Below are positions 20,027 to 28,302 of a stretch of 64,000 nucleotides of DNA, one piece after another; position 1 is the stretch's first letter; each line of letters begins with the position of its first letter. The notes under the pieces are model-generated. The model saw only the letters and a list, made by a program, of their open reading frames with translations, ran no database searches and was not told where the DNA came from. Position numbers and translations under genes: made by a program. Origin of the DNA: an uncultured Actinomycetes bacterium (GTDB taxonomy: Bacteria; Actinomycetota; UBA4738; HRBIN12); assembly GCA_963697875.1 (NCBI GenBank), contig OY969099.1:2915061-2979060 (forward strand), given 5' to 3'.

Positions 20027-20779
20027 CTAGCCTCCCGTCGGTCCGAACCGCTCGGTCTTGACGTTCGTCGGCGCGTAGCCAGCAGCACGAGCGCGTTGGC
20101 GACGGACTCGACGAACGGCGTCGGTCCGCAGACGAACGCGGCCGGGGAGGCGACGCATTCCAGGCGACCTCCTCCAGCATGGCGGCGTCGACCCTCCGCG
20201 CGTAGCCGGTCCACCCGGGCGGCTGCGACCGCGTCAAGCGTGTGGACCACCTCCGGCCCGCCGGCGACCGAGCCGAGCCGCTCGAGATCGTCGCCGTAGA
20301 TCACGTCGTCCCACGACCTCGACGAGTAGACGAGACGGGCGCCGACGTCGGTCACCGGAGGCCGCTCGGTGCCGCAGCATCGCCATCAGGGGGACGATCC
20401 CCGAGCCGCCGGCGACGAGCAGGAGCGGACCGCCGATGCTCGCCTCCCAGACGAAGTAGCCGCCGATCGGGCCGCGCAGCTCGAGCATGTCGCCGACGCG
20501 GAGCTCACCGACCAGGTACGACGACACCTCGCCGTCGGGGAGGCCCTCCACCGTGAGCATCAGCCGGCCGTCCTCCGGCGCCGAGGCGATCGAGTAGCTC
20601 CGCTGCGCCTGATAGCCGTCCTCGGCGGTCAGCCGCACGTCGACGTGCTGGCCGGCGCGATGCCCCGGCCAGTCGGGCACGTCCAGACACGATGCTTCGA
20701 ACACGCGGCGTCTCGTCGATCAGCTCGACGACCGTGCCGAGGCCCAGCTCAGTCGCCCGCGTACCGTTGCTCGCGCCAT
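20027..20779 (-). pseudogene. ferredoxin-NADP reductase-like FAD/NAD-binding oxidoreductase, reading frame broken about 6 times
   Basis: Recognisable segments, in order, with frame changes between them (some segments return to an earlier frame):
- MARATVRGRLSW
- GTVVELIDETPRVRSIV
- LDVPDWPGHRAGQHVDVRL..RSYSIAS..GGSGIVPLMAMLRHRAA
- TDVGARLVYSSRSWDDVIYGDDLERL..VVHTL
- TRSQPPGWTGYARRVDAAMLEEVAW
- AFVCGPTPFVESVANALV
- GYAPTNVKTERFGPTGG*

The shifts run -1, +1, +1, +1, -1, -1, which nets to 0. Confidence 0.75.
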
Positions 20780-21354
20780 GGGTCTCCGTAGATGTGATAG
20801 CCGTAGGACTCCCAGAACCCCGGCTCGTCGTGATCCATGAGCCCCAGGCCACGGACCCACTTCGCGCTCTTCCAGAAGTAGAGGTGCGGGACCAGGAGGC
20901 GGGCCGGCCCGCCGTGCTCGGGCTCGAGCGGCTCGCCCTCGTACGCGAAGGCCACCCAGGCCTTGCCGTCGACCAGATCCTCCAGCGGGACGTTGGTCGT
21001 GTAGTCCCCGTCGGAGAAAGCGAGCGCGTGCGTGGCATCGTGCTCGACGTCTTCCAGCAGCGTGTCGATCGCAACGCCCTCCCAGGCCGTGCCCAGCTTC
21101 GACCACTTCGTGACGCAGTGGATGTCGGTGCGTATCTCCTCGCTCGGAAGGGCTCGGAATTCTTCCCAGCTCCACGTCTTCGGCTCGGCCACGCCACCGA
21201 CGATCGAGAACGACCACTCGTCGAGCGGCGTCTCGGGGGTGGGGCCGGCCGACAGGACCGGGAAGTCCCGTACGAGGTACTGCCCGGGAGGCAGCCGGGC
21301 GTCCTCGCCCTCCTTCTCACGCTTGCCGCGGAACCCCCGGGAGACGTACGCCAC
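20749..21354 (-). CDS. sulfite-oxidase-like / YedY(MsrP)-like molybdopterin-dependent oxidoreductase
   Basis: Motifs are TDIHCVTKWS, GGPARLLVPHLYFWKSAKWV and FWESYGYH. The GTG start follows GAGGAGAGG. Confidence 0.85.
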   Translation of the reverse strand: MAYVSRGFRGKREKEGEDARLPPGQYLVRDFPVLSAGPTPETPLDEWSFSIVGGVAEPKTWSWEEFRALPSEEIRTDIHCVTKWSKLGTAWEGVAIDTLLEDVEHDATHALAFSDGDYTTNVPLEDLVDGKAWVAFAYEGEPLEPEHGGPARLLVPHLYFWKSAKWVRGLGLMDHDEPGFWESYGYHIYGDPWREQRYAGD

Positions 21355-22297
21355 GATGCCTCTCCTCGACCGTGTGGAGGTCGCATCGTACCGCCTTCAG
21401 GCCTGCCGGATCGGACCGCAGCCGCAGGCTCTCCGTCGAGGGGACGAAGTAGTACGCGCCCGTGAGGGCCCGGGTGTAGCGCGTGAGGTCGTCGCGACCG
21501 GCGCCGTCGGCGAGCCCGGCCATGCTCTCGAGCATCGACGCCAACCGCGGCTGCTCGGCGCTGAAGCCCACGAACATGGTGCCGTGGTTCGTGACGGTTC
21601 CGTACGGCATGTTGCGTCGGAAGATCTTGCCGAAGCGATCCTGGTCGGTGCTGCCCACGTGGGACGTCGGCGCCTTGTCCTCGAGCTCGACGCCTTCGGG
21701 CTTCGTTCGCCCGATGACGGCCTCCTGCTCGGCCGTGGACAGCGATTCCCACGCGGTCACGTCGTGCTCCCACTTCTGCAGCAGCAGCACGGTTCCGGAC
21801 GCTCCGGGGCTCCCCTCGGGGATCAGGGCGACGCCGGGCGCGTCGATCAGCGAGGGGTTCTCGGTCCCATCGATGAACCCGGTGAGATCGCGGTCGTGCC
21901 GATAGGGCCAGCTCGAGGTCTCGTCGGCGACCGACGCCAGCGCATCCACCTCGGCGATCGCCTCGCGCGCCATGTCGAAGATGACGTCGTAGGCGCTTCC
22001 CGACAGCCACAGGACGGCGTCGTGCTGGGACGCCGGCATGACGAAACCGTCGGGGCCGACCACGTCCCGATCGAAGCCGGTCACGTCCTCGGGGATCTCG
22101 TCGGGGGCGATCGCCCGCCAGAGCTCGGGCCGGAAGCCGGCGACGAGGTTCACCCCGCCCATCGTCGTCCTCGGCTCCCGTAGCGAAGAGATCGCACGGA
22201 CCAGATCCGCCCCGTTTGGCTCGGCACGAAGGTCGAACTCGAGATAGGCGTGCGATGCCGTTCCGAGGGCGAAGATCCCGGCCTGGTGGTTGGTCAT
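21317..22297 (-). CDS. Dyp-type peroxidase
   Basis: Motifs are GFIDGTENP, FRRNMPYG and FVGFS. The C-terminal ~35 aa look non-homologous and overlap the next gene by 38 nt. Confidence 0.85.
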   Translation of the reverse strand: MTNHQAGIFALGTASHAYLEFDLRAEPNGADLVRAISSLREPRTTMGGVNLVAGFRPELWRAIAPDEIPEDVTGFDRDVVGPDGFVMPASQHDAVLWLSGSAYDVIFDMAREAIAEVDALASVADETSSWPYRHDRDLTGFIDGTENPSLIDAPGVALIPEGSPGASGTVLLLQKWEHDVTAWESLSTAEQEAVIGRTKPEGVELEDKAPTSHVGSTDQDRFGKIFRRNMPYGTVTNHGTMFVGFSAEQPRLASMLESMAGLADGAGRDDLTRYTRALTGAYYFVPSTESLRLRSDPAGLKAVRCDLHTVEERHRGVRLPGVPRQA

Positions 22298-22396
22298 GCG
22301 TGATCCGCTCCTGAAGCCGTTGGGGCCCTACGGTATCGGTGCTCGTACCATCGCCGCCAGTCGGATCGCGCCGAAGTTGCCGGGTACGCTGACGCG

Positions 22397-23461
22397 ATGC
22401 GGTGGATCGCGCTTCCCGCGGGCGTCGTGCTGCTCGGCTGGACGCTGCTCGACGTGTTCCGCACCCTCGTGATGCCCCGGGCGGCGCGCGGTCGGTTCCG
22501 CCTGGCCCGGATGTTGTTCGCCCCGGTCTGGCGCCCCTGGCGGTGGGTCGGCGTTCGCCGCAAGACCGCACAGGCTCGCGAGCGGGTGCTGGCGACGGCT
22601 GCGCCGTTCTTCTTCTTCGCGCTGCTCGTCGGGTGGGTCTCCTTCGCACTGCTGGGGTACGCGCTCATCCTATGGAGCCCGGCGTTCGTCCACGGGATGC
22701 CGCAGGGCGACGGTTCGTTCGCGGATGCCGTCTACGCTGCCGGAACCTCGTTGTTCACGCTCGGGTTCGGCGGTGGCGACGCGACCGGTTGGACCCGGGC
22801 GATCGCGGTGGTGGGAGGAGCGACCGGTCTCGGGTTGTTCGCGGTGGTGATCGCCTATCTGCCGGTGCTCTATCAGGCGTTCAACCGTCGTGAGGTCGGC
22901 GTGCTGCTGCTCGATGCGCGCGCGGGGTCGCCTCCCTCGGGGCCGGAGCTGCTGCACCGGATGGGGAGCGCCGGCGTCGCGTCGTCGTTGCCGGAGCTCT
23001 TCGCGGAGTGGGAGCGATGGGTCGCCGACGTCCTCGAGACGCACATGTCCTATCCGCTGCTGGCCCTGTTCCGTTCGCCGCACGACGAGACCTCATGGGT
23101 CACGTCGCTCGGGTCGGTGCTCGATGCGGCCACGCTCATCATCACGTCCGTGGACGACGAGCCCGACGAGCGCGCCAAGCTGCTGTACGGCACGGGCGTG
23201 CACGCCGTGGAGGACCTCTTCTACTACTTCCGCCTGGCGGAGCGCGAGTCGACGATCCAGCGCGACGAGTTCGAGGACGTCCTGCAGGACATGAAGGACG
23301 ACGGCTTCTCGGTCCGGCCCGCCGACGAAGCATTCCTCCGGTTCACCGAGAAACGGGGCAAGTACGCCCCGCGCCTGGATGCGCTCGTCGTGTTGCTGGC
23401 GGCGCCCCCCGGCCTGTGGATCGGCGACCGCTCATTCCTCGGCGCACGCACCGTCCACTGA
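22397..23461 (+). CDS. potassium-channel-like ion channel family protein
   Basis: The N-terminal transmembrane helices flank a pore-like segment SLFTLGFGGGD. A long cytoplasmic C-terminal domain follows. Confidence 0.65.
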   Translation: MRWIALPAGVVLLGWTLLDVFRTLVMPRAARGRFRLARMLFAPVWRPWRWVGVRRKTAQARERVLATAAPFFFFALLVGWVSFALLGYALILWSPAFVHGMPQGDGSFADAVYAAGTSLFTLGFGGGDATGWTRAIAVVGGATGLGLFAVVIAYLPVLYQAFNRREVGVLLLDARAGSPPSGPELLHRMGSAGVASSLPELFAEWERWVADVLETHMSYPLLALFRSPHDETSWVTSLGSVLDAATLIITSVDDEPDERAKLLYGTGVHAVEDLFYYFRLAERESTIQRDEFEDVLQDMKDDGFSVRPADEAFLRFTEKRGKYAPRLDALVVLLAAPPGLWIGDRSFLGARTVH

Positions 23462-23473
23462 ACTCGCGCGAGG

Positions 23474-24016
23474 TCAGGCGGAGATCCTCACGTCGTCGAA
23501 CTCACAATCCACGGGCTCCGCGAACCGCCGGCCGTTGACCCGGTCGTGTCGCATGAACGGCGCCGGATCGATGTGGACGCGCACCCGGTACGTGCCGGTG
23601 CCCGGGACCGCCCAGTTCCGGCCGTAGTGGTAGATCATCGGATGCCACAGCATCGGTTGTTCGTGCGTGCCGATCTCGTGGCCCTCGTCGTCGATGATGG
23701 TCGCGGACACGGTGAGGCCTGGGACGAAGCGGCCGTCTCCGGCGTCGCGAACGCTCACTTCGAGGTGGCAGTTCTCTTCGTCCGGCTCGTGCCATTCGAG
23801 GGCACCGTCTGACGGCGCGTACATCCCCTCCGCCTCCTCGACCGCGTACGCGACCAGGTACTCCCCAGCACGTTGCTCGGCGCCGCCGCTCGCCACGCGT
23901 TCCACCATCAGCTGCAACGCGGCGCCGTAGGCGGCTCCCTGCGACTTCGCCGCCTCCATCTGGTCGGGGGTGACCTCGTCGGTTCGCGGGTCCATCGGTG
24001 GTCGATCTTCGGCCAT
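23474..24016 (-). CDS. P19/FetP/Tp34-like iron-binding domain protein without a signal peptide
   Basis: CHLEVSV...RFVPGLTV...PMLWHPMIYHYGRNWAVPGTGTYRVRVHIDPAPFMRHDR matches, from memory, the HLEADIH...PM..DGPHYG.N...G.Y...I..P..gfgRH pattern of FetP/Tp34. AAGGAAGGAG precedes ATG 24016. Confidence 0.6.
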   Translation of the reverse strand: MAEDRPPMDPRTDEVTPDQMEAAKSQGAAYGAALQLMVERVASGGAEQRAGEYLVAYAVEEAEGMYAPSDGALEWHEPDEENCHLEVSVRDAGDGRFVPGLTVSATIIDDEGHEIGTHEQPMLWHPMIYHYGRNWAVPGTGTYRVRVHIDPAPFMRHDRVNGRRFAEPVDCEFDDVRISA

Positions 24017-24033
24017 GTCGTTCTCCTTCCTTC

Positions 24034-24726
24034 TCATCCCGGTTGCGGAACCCCCCATCGCCATACCGCTGCAGCGACGACCCCTGCCAGCAAGCCGACC
24101 TGGAACGCCGGTGCGAACGCGGGCGTGTGGACCAGGACGAGCGCTCCGCAGCCCGCGCCGGCGGCCAAGCCGACCAGTTGGATCAGGCTCCTGGCGTCGA
24201 AGGACCGGCCCGCGATCACGATGCCCGTCACGACCTCCGTGACCGTGGAGGTGAAGTACGTGGTCGAGAGGCCCTCGACGCGGATCTCGCGCACCGCCGA
24301 TGCCTGGACGCCCATCGCCACCGCCGCGATCAGCAGGAGCAGGAGCTGCGCCCCGCCTCGCGGGTCCGATCCCACCGCCTCCCAGCCGAGGGTCACGGTC
24401 GCGAACAGCACGAGCTCGATGCCCAGGGCGACGGTGACGGCCCGGGGCCACAGGTACCCCCCGGCCCTGCTCGGCCTGGTCGCGATCCACGAGCCGCCCG
24501 CGGTTCCCACCGCGTACCCGGCCAACGCGACGATCGTATGGGCCATGAGCGACCCGTCCCTCGTCCCGATGGCCAGTCCGAGCAGGACCAGGTTCCCCGT
24601 CATGACGCTCGTGAACACCTGGCCCAGCCGCATGAAGCTCAGGACGTCCGTCGCCCCGGCGACCAGCGTCAACGCAACGGCCAGGATGTCGACGACGAGC
24701 CCCGATCGGGTGCGCAGCGTCGTCAC
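24034..24726 (-). CDS. YoaK / DUF1275 family membrane protein
   Basis: The N-terminal motif is AGATDVLSFMRLGQVFTSVMTGNLVLLG. It has about six transmembrane segments. Confidence 0.8.
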   Translation of the reverse strand: MTTLRTRSGLVVDILAVALTLVAGATDVLSFMRLGQVFTSVMTGNLVLLGLAIGTRDGSLMAHTIVALAGYAVGTAGGSWIATRPSRAGGYLWPRAVTVALGIELVLFATVTLGWEAVGSDPRGGAQLLLLLIAAVAMGVQASAVREIRVEGLSTTYFTSTVTEVVTGIVIAGRSFDARSLIQLVGLAAGAGCGALVLVHTPAFAPAFQVGLLAGVVAAAVWRWGVPQPG

Positions 24727-24744
24727 CGGGATAGCGTCCGGCCC

Positions 24745-25182
24745 TCAGGCGTCAGGATCGATCAGGTCCAGGCCCGACTCCTCGTCGTGGACCCGACGCA
24801 GCCGTGCGGGCGACGCGACGACCATGACCTCCAACGTGGGTCGCACCATGGCCTCCATGAGGTGCCCGCCGATCGTGCTGCCGTCGCGGCGCCCCAACAC
24901 CGTATGCACGTGGATCTTGGGGCCGTCCTGCGCGAGCGCGACGTCCCCGTCGAAGGACAGCACCTCGACCTGGTCGTCGACCGGGATGTCCTTGTAGGAC
25001 TTCGATCCCCAGTCGAAGAAGCCGAGCTTCGCCTTCGAGAACCCACCGACGCCGTTGATCCTGGCGGCCGCCAGGTCATGCTCCTCGGCGAACCTTCTCA
25101 GCCCGCCGGCGACCTCCTCCCCCGTCTCGAAGACGATCATGAACGCGTTCTCTCCGTCGGTGTCGATCTCTCGCGATCGCAC
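24745..25182 (-). CDS. PPC (DUF296) domain DNA-binding protein
   Basis: The sequence pattern is IVFETGEEV...GVGGFSKAKLGFFD...HVHTVLGRRDGSTIGGHL. Confidence 0.75.
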   Translation of the reverse strand: MRSREIDTDGENAFMIVFETGEEVAGGLRRFAEEHDLAAARINGVGGFSKAKLGFFDWGSKSYKDIPVDDQVEVLSFDGDVALAQDGPKIHVHTVLGRRDGSTIGGHLMEAMVRPTLEVMVVASPARLRRVHDEESGLDLIDPDA

Positions 25183-25256
25183 GTCACTACCTCCGATCGA
25201 TCTGCTGGTGCTTGGATACCCGGTCAGTCGCGCCGGGGAAACGGCCTCGCCCGCGC

Positions 25257-25670
25257 TCAGGCTGGGCCGTTGCCGAGCGGGACGACCTCCACCCGATCCG
25301 TCCGGATGAACCGTCCGACCGACTGGTCGACGTCGTACGTTCCGGTCACCTCGACGCGCCGCCCCACGTACGGCGCCACGCTGGAGGTGGGCAGCACCTC
25401 CACGCGGTTCCGGTCGGGGTCCTCGATGACGAAGTACGGCCCCGAGGGATCGATGAACCGGCGGACCGTCCCTCGGGTCGTGACCACCGCGCCCCGATAC
25501 GCGTCCTGGTCGGACGTCAGCGTCACGAGCGACACGGATGACGGCATGGTCCCGCAGGCGCTCGCGGACAGCGCAAGACAGACGATCAAGCCTGCAAGCG
25601 TTCGCGTTCTCGCCTCGACGGCGTACAGGTCATGAGCCCGATGTCCTATGCGACCGTGCGTCGGGGTCAC
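25257..25670 (-). CDS. lipoprotein of unknown function
   Basis: The lipobox is LALSASAC. The mature part is short and beta-rich. The start codon is uncertain. Confidence 0.55.
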   Translation of the reverse strand: MTPTHGRIGHRAHDLYAVEARTRTLAGLIVCLALSASACGTMPSSVSLVTLTSDQDAYRGAVVTTRGTVRRFIDPSGPYFVIEDPDRNRVEVLPTSSVAPYVGRRVEVTGTYDVDQSVGRFIRTDRVEVVPLGNGPA

Positions 25671-25815
25671 AGCAGATCAGGTTCCGAGGTCGATGCATCG
25701 TTCGGGCGATCCATGAACTCGATAGACGATCGTGCGGCTCCGTGCATCCATGGTACACACACCGGCTCTCGCAGCGAGCGGCGAGAGTCCAGGCGCGAAG
25801 GGGTGGTCGAACGTG

Positions 25816-26331
25816 ATGGGCACGTTGAAGGTGAAGGTCCTGGCCAAGCTTCTTCCGGTGGTCGTGATCGTCGGAGCGACCGCTCTGTTGGCCCAACCGG
25901 CTTCAGCGAGGCCGGTGAGAACGGTGATTCACATCGACGACACCGGTGTCGATCCGGAGATCTGCGACTTCGACGTCACCTTCCATTTCTTCGGGTCGCT
26001 CACGTTCACGGACTTCTACGACAACAGCGGGTTCCGCTACAAGACGATCGGCAGGGCCGGTCCTGGGCCGTTCACGGTCACCGCGACCGCGAAGGGGACC
26101 ACGCTCACGCAGCAGAACGTCAGCTTCACGGAGATCACCACGTATAACGCCGACGGGTCGGTGAAGACGCTGACGGACAACGGGCCCTACAACAAGTTCA
26201 CCGCACCGGGAAGCGGCATCGTCTGGCTGGACACGGGTCGGATCGTGGTCGACGGCGACTTCAACGTCCTCTTCGAGGCAGGGCCGCGACAGCACGGTGA
26301 GTTCGACGCCTTCTGCGCTGCGTTCGGCTAG
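25816..26331 (+). CDS. secreted protein of unknown function
   Basis: The signal peptide is MGTLKVKVLAKLLPVVVIVGATALLAQPASA. I recognised no family. Confidence 0.6.
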   Translation: MGTLKVKVLAKLLPVVVIVGATALLAQPASARPVRTVIHIDDTGVDPEICDFDVTFHFFGSLTFTDFYDNSGFRYKTIGRAGPGPFTVTATAKGTTLTQQNVSFTEITTYNADGSVKTLTDNGPYNKFTAPGSGIVWLDTGRIVVDGDFNVLFEAGPRQHGEFDAFCAAFG

Positions 26332-26447
26332 ACACGACGCCGCGGCACCGACGGGCTTCTGGAAGGCCAACCCGAGGCCCTGGTCGCCGCCGGTCGCGGG
26401 TCACCGCGACGAGGCCCACGTCACCCGACACTTCCAGCCGGTCAGGT

Positions 26448-27728
26448 TCAGACCGACCGGTGGGCAGACGCTGCGGAGCCGGCGGGTTCGTCGCTGCCGG
26501 CGGCCTCGGATCGCAGCCGTTGCCAACCCTCGCGCTCGAACAGGAGCGAGATCGCCGTTCCCACGACGAGGGACCAGAAGAACGGCCCAAGCGAGAAGAC
26601 CGTCATGTCCGAGAGCGCGATCGCGAACGCGAACAGCGGACCCAGCACGAGCGGACCCTTCGTGATCTCTCGGAGAGCACCGGTCAGGGGCGCGATCAGC
26701 GCGAGCCCGGCAAGTGCCAGGAGGAGCGCTCGCGGCATCAGGATCGCGAGGTCCGCAGCCGTGCCGGCGAACAGTGCGATCCCCAGCCCGGCCGCGACCG
26801 GCAGGAACACGGTCCGGTACCGGAGCTCGTGCGGACCGGCGGAGGAACCCGCGGTCAGGAGCACCGGCGGCAGGGCCAGGGAAACCGCCACGGGACCGAC
26901 GAACGACCCGAGGATCGTTCCGACGCCGTCGACGACGTTGATCAGTCGTTCCGGCGGCCGGAAGCCCTGGCTCGTCAGGTAGATGACCGACGGGATGGTC
27001 GACTGCACCGTCATGAAGGCGACCAGCACGGGGGTGAGGGAGACGACCGACGTCCAGGTGAACTCCGGTCGTACCGCATCGAGCTCGGGGAACCGGAGCG
27101 ACGTGGGAAACGCGCCAAGCTGACCCGTCAGGGCGGCGACCGACATCCCCGCGACGAACGCCGCGAGGATCGGCGGCAGATGGGGTCCGAGTACGCGCGG
27201 GCTCACCAGGTACGCGACCACGGCCGCCGCGACCATGAGCGGCACCCGGTACGGGATCGACTCTCCCCCTTGGGTGGTGCTCAGCGAGGTGAAGATCCCC
27301 ACCACGAACGGCATCACCGCGCCGGCGATCACGCCCTGCACGATCGGCGCCGGGATCCACGCCGCGATGCGACCCGTCAACCGGAACAGCACGGCTACGA
27401 GCACGATCGCGCCGGCCAGCATCGTCGCTCCGATCAGTTCGGCAAAGTTGAACCTCTGACCCAGCGACGCGAAGAAAATGATCGCGAAGATGTTCCCCGT
27501 AAGCAGCAGGGGCTGTCGATACCGCAGCGACAGGACCACGCCGAGGATCGTCGGAAGACCGTAGCCGATGGCGATCCACCCGCTCGTCTGTGCCTCGGTG
27601 AGGCGGAGCCCGGCCGGTCCCGCCGCGGTCAGGACGATCCCGAGCACCGCGAAGAAGAGCACCGCGACGGGGATCGACGCGATCAACGCGGGCAAGGTCC
27701 GCCGAAGCTCACCCAGGCGTTGGGCCAA
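26448..27728 (-). CDS. benzoate/H+ symporter (BenE) family transporter
   Basis: It is a 426-aa polytopic membrane protein. The BenE-like N-terminus is SIPVAVLFFAVLGIV...SGWIAIGYGLPTILGVVLSLRYRQPLLLTGN. Confidence 0.8.
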   Translation of the reverse strand: MAQRLGELRRTLPALIASIPVAVLFFAVLGIVLTAAGPAGLRLTEAQTSGWIAIGYGLPTILGVVLSLRYRQPLLLTGNIFAIIFFASLGQRFNFAELIGATMLAGAIVLVAVLFRLTGRIAAWIPAPIVQGVIAGAVMPFVVGIFTSLSTTQGGESIPYRVPLMVAAAVVAYLVSPRVLGPHLPPILAAFVAGMSVAALTGQLGAFPTSLRFPELDAVRPEFTWTSVVSLTPVLVAFMTVQSTIPSVIYLTSQGFRPPERLINVVDGVGTILGSFVGPVAVSLALPPVLLTAGSSAGPHELRYRTVFLPVAAGLGIALFAGTAADLAILMPRALLLALAGLALIAPLTGALREITKGPLVLGPLFAFAIALSDMTVFSLGPFFWSLVVGTAISLLFEREGWQRLRSEAAGSDEPAGSAASAHRSV

Positions 27729-27773
27729 GCACCTCCCCCCTCGTCATCGACACCCGGCCGTCGCTTGGACCGG

Positions 27774-27926
27774 TCAGCTCCCCTCGTTCCGGGAGCAGGG
27801 AGGGTGGCCGCACTCGCACGCATGCTGCTCGTGGCCCGAACCCGCACTGTGCGCCCGGCAGTACTCGCCGCAGAAGTCCTCGCCGTCGGCGACCTCGCAA
27901 CTGCAACCCGTGTGCATGCAGCGCAT
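27774..27926 (-). CDS. 50-aa Cys/His-rich small protein, metallothionein-like (not in the supplied ORF track)
   Basis: GGAGG lies 6 nt upstream of ATG 27926. The translation is MRCMHTGCSCEVADGEDFCGEYCRAHSAGSGHEQHACECGHPPCSRNEGS*, with 8 Cys and 5 His. Third codon positions are G/C-rich. Confidence 0.55.
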   Translation of the reverse strand: MRCMHTGCSCEVADGEDFCGEYCRAHSAGSGHEQHACECGHPPCSRNEGS

Positions 27927-27994
27927 CCGTAACCTCCGTCCGTCCGTCGCCGGGAGCGTATCGCCGGATCGTCGGGATCAACAGACGCCAGCCG

Positions 27995-28276
27995 TCAGCC
28001 CCCTTCGTCGCGCAATCGTCGGACGACCCGGACGTAGCGGTACAAGCCGACGGGCGCGAGGATCGCGCCGACCACGACGAGCCCCCAACCGACAGCGTGG
28101 TCGGCCGTGGCGCTGAAGATGTGGATCATCGTCACGCCGGCCGCACCGAGCCCGAGTGCCGTGCGCTCGTACGCGAGCAGCGTTCGCTCGTTCGCGAGGC
28201 GTGTGCGCTCCAGGGCAAGCCGATCCCGGATCGCTGTCTCGTCGGAGCTCATATCCGCCGGAGCATAAGGTGCCAT
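27995..28276 (-). CDS. DUF202 (YidH-like) membrane protein
   Basis: The motif LALERTRLANERTLLAYERTAL is followed by two transmembrane segments. Confidence 0.8.
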   Translation of the reverse strand: MAPYAPADMSSDETAIRDRLALERTRLANERTLLAYERTALGLGAAGVTMIHIFSATADHAVGWGLVVVGAILAPVGLYRYVRVVRRLRDEGG

Positions 28277-28302
28277 CGGACCGATCCTGGGAGCGCTTCG
28301 GG

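Noticed and set aside
21317-21354. A 38-nt overlap between the DyP C-terminus and the molybdoenzyme start. It could be another hidden frameshift that extends DyP.
   Set aside because: The DyP tail after ...YYFVPSTESL looks non-homologous, but no alternative frame gives a clearly better ending. I cannot decide without an alignment.
20505-22649. A 714-aa minus-strand ORF overlapping the DyP, molybdoenzyme and FNR-like genes.
   Set aside because: Its composition is Arg/Pro/Ala-rich nonsense, apart from a short stretch that belongs to the frameshifted FNR-like gene. The real genes are in other frames.
27709-27981. A 90-aa minus-strand ORF from the ORF track in the DUF202-BenE gap.
   Set aside because: It has no ribosome-binding site and an implausible sequence. 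A different frame holds a 50-codon Cys/His-rich ORF with GGAGG at ideal spacing, and I prefer that one.
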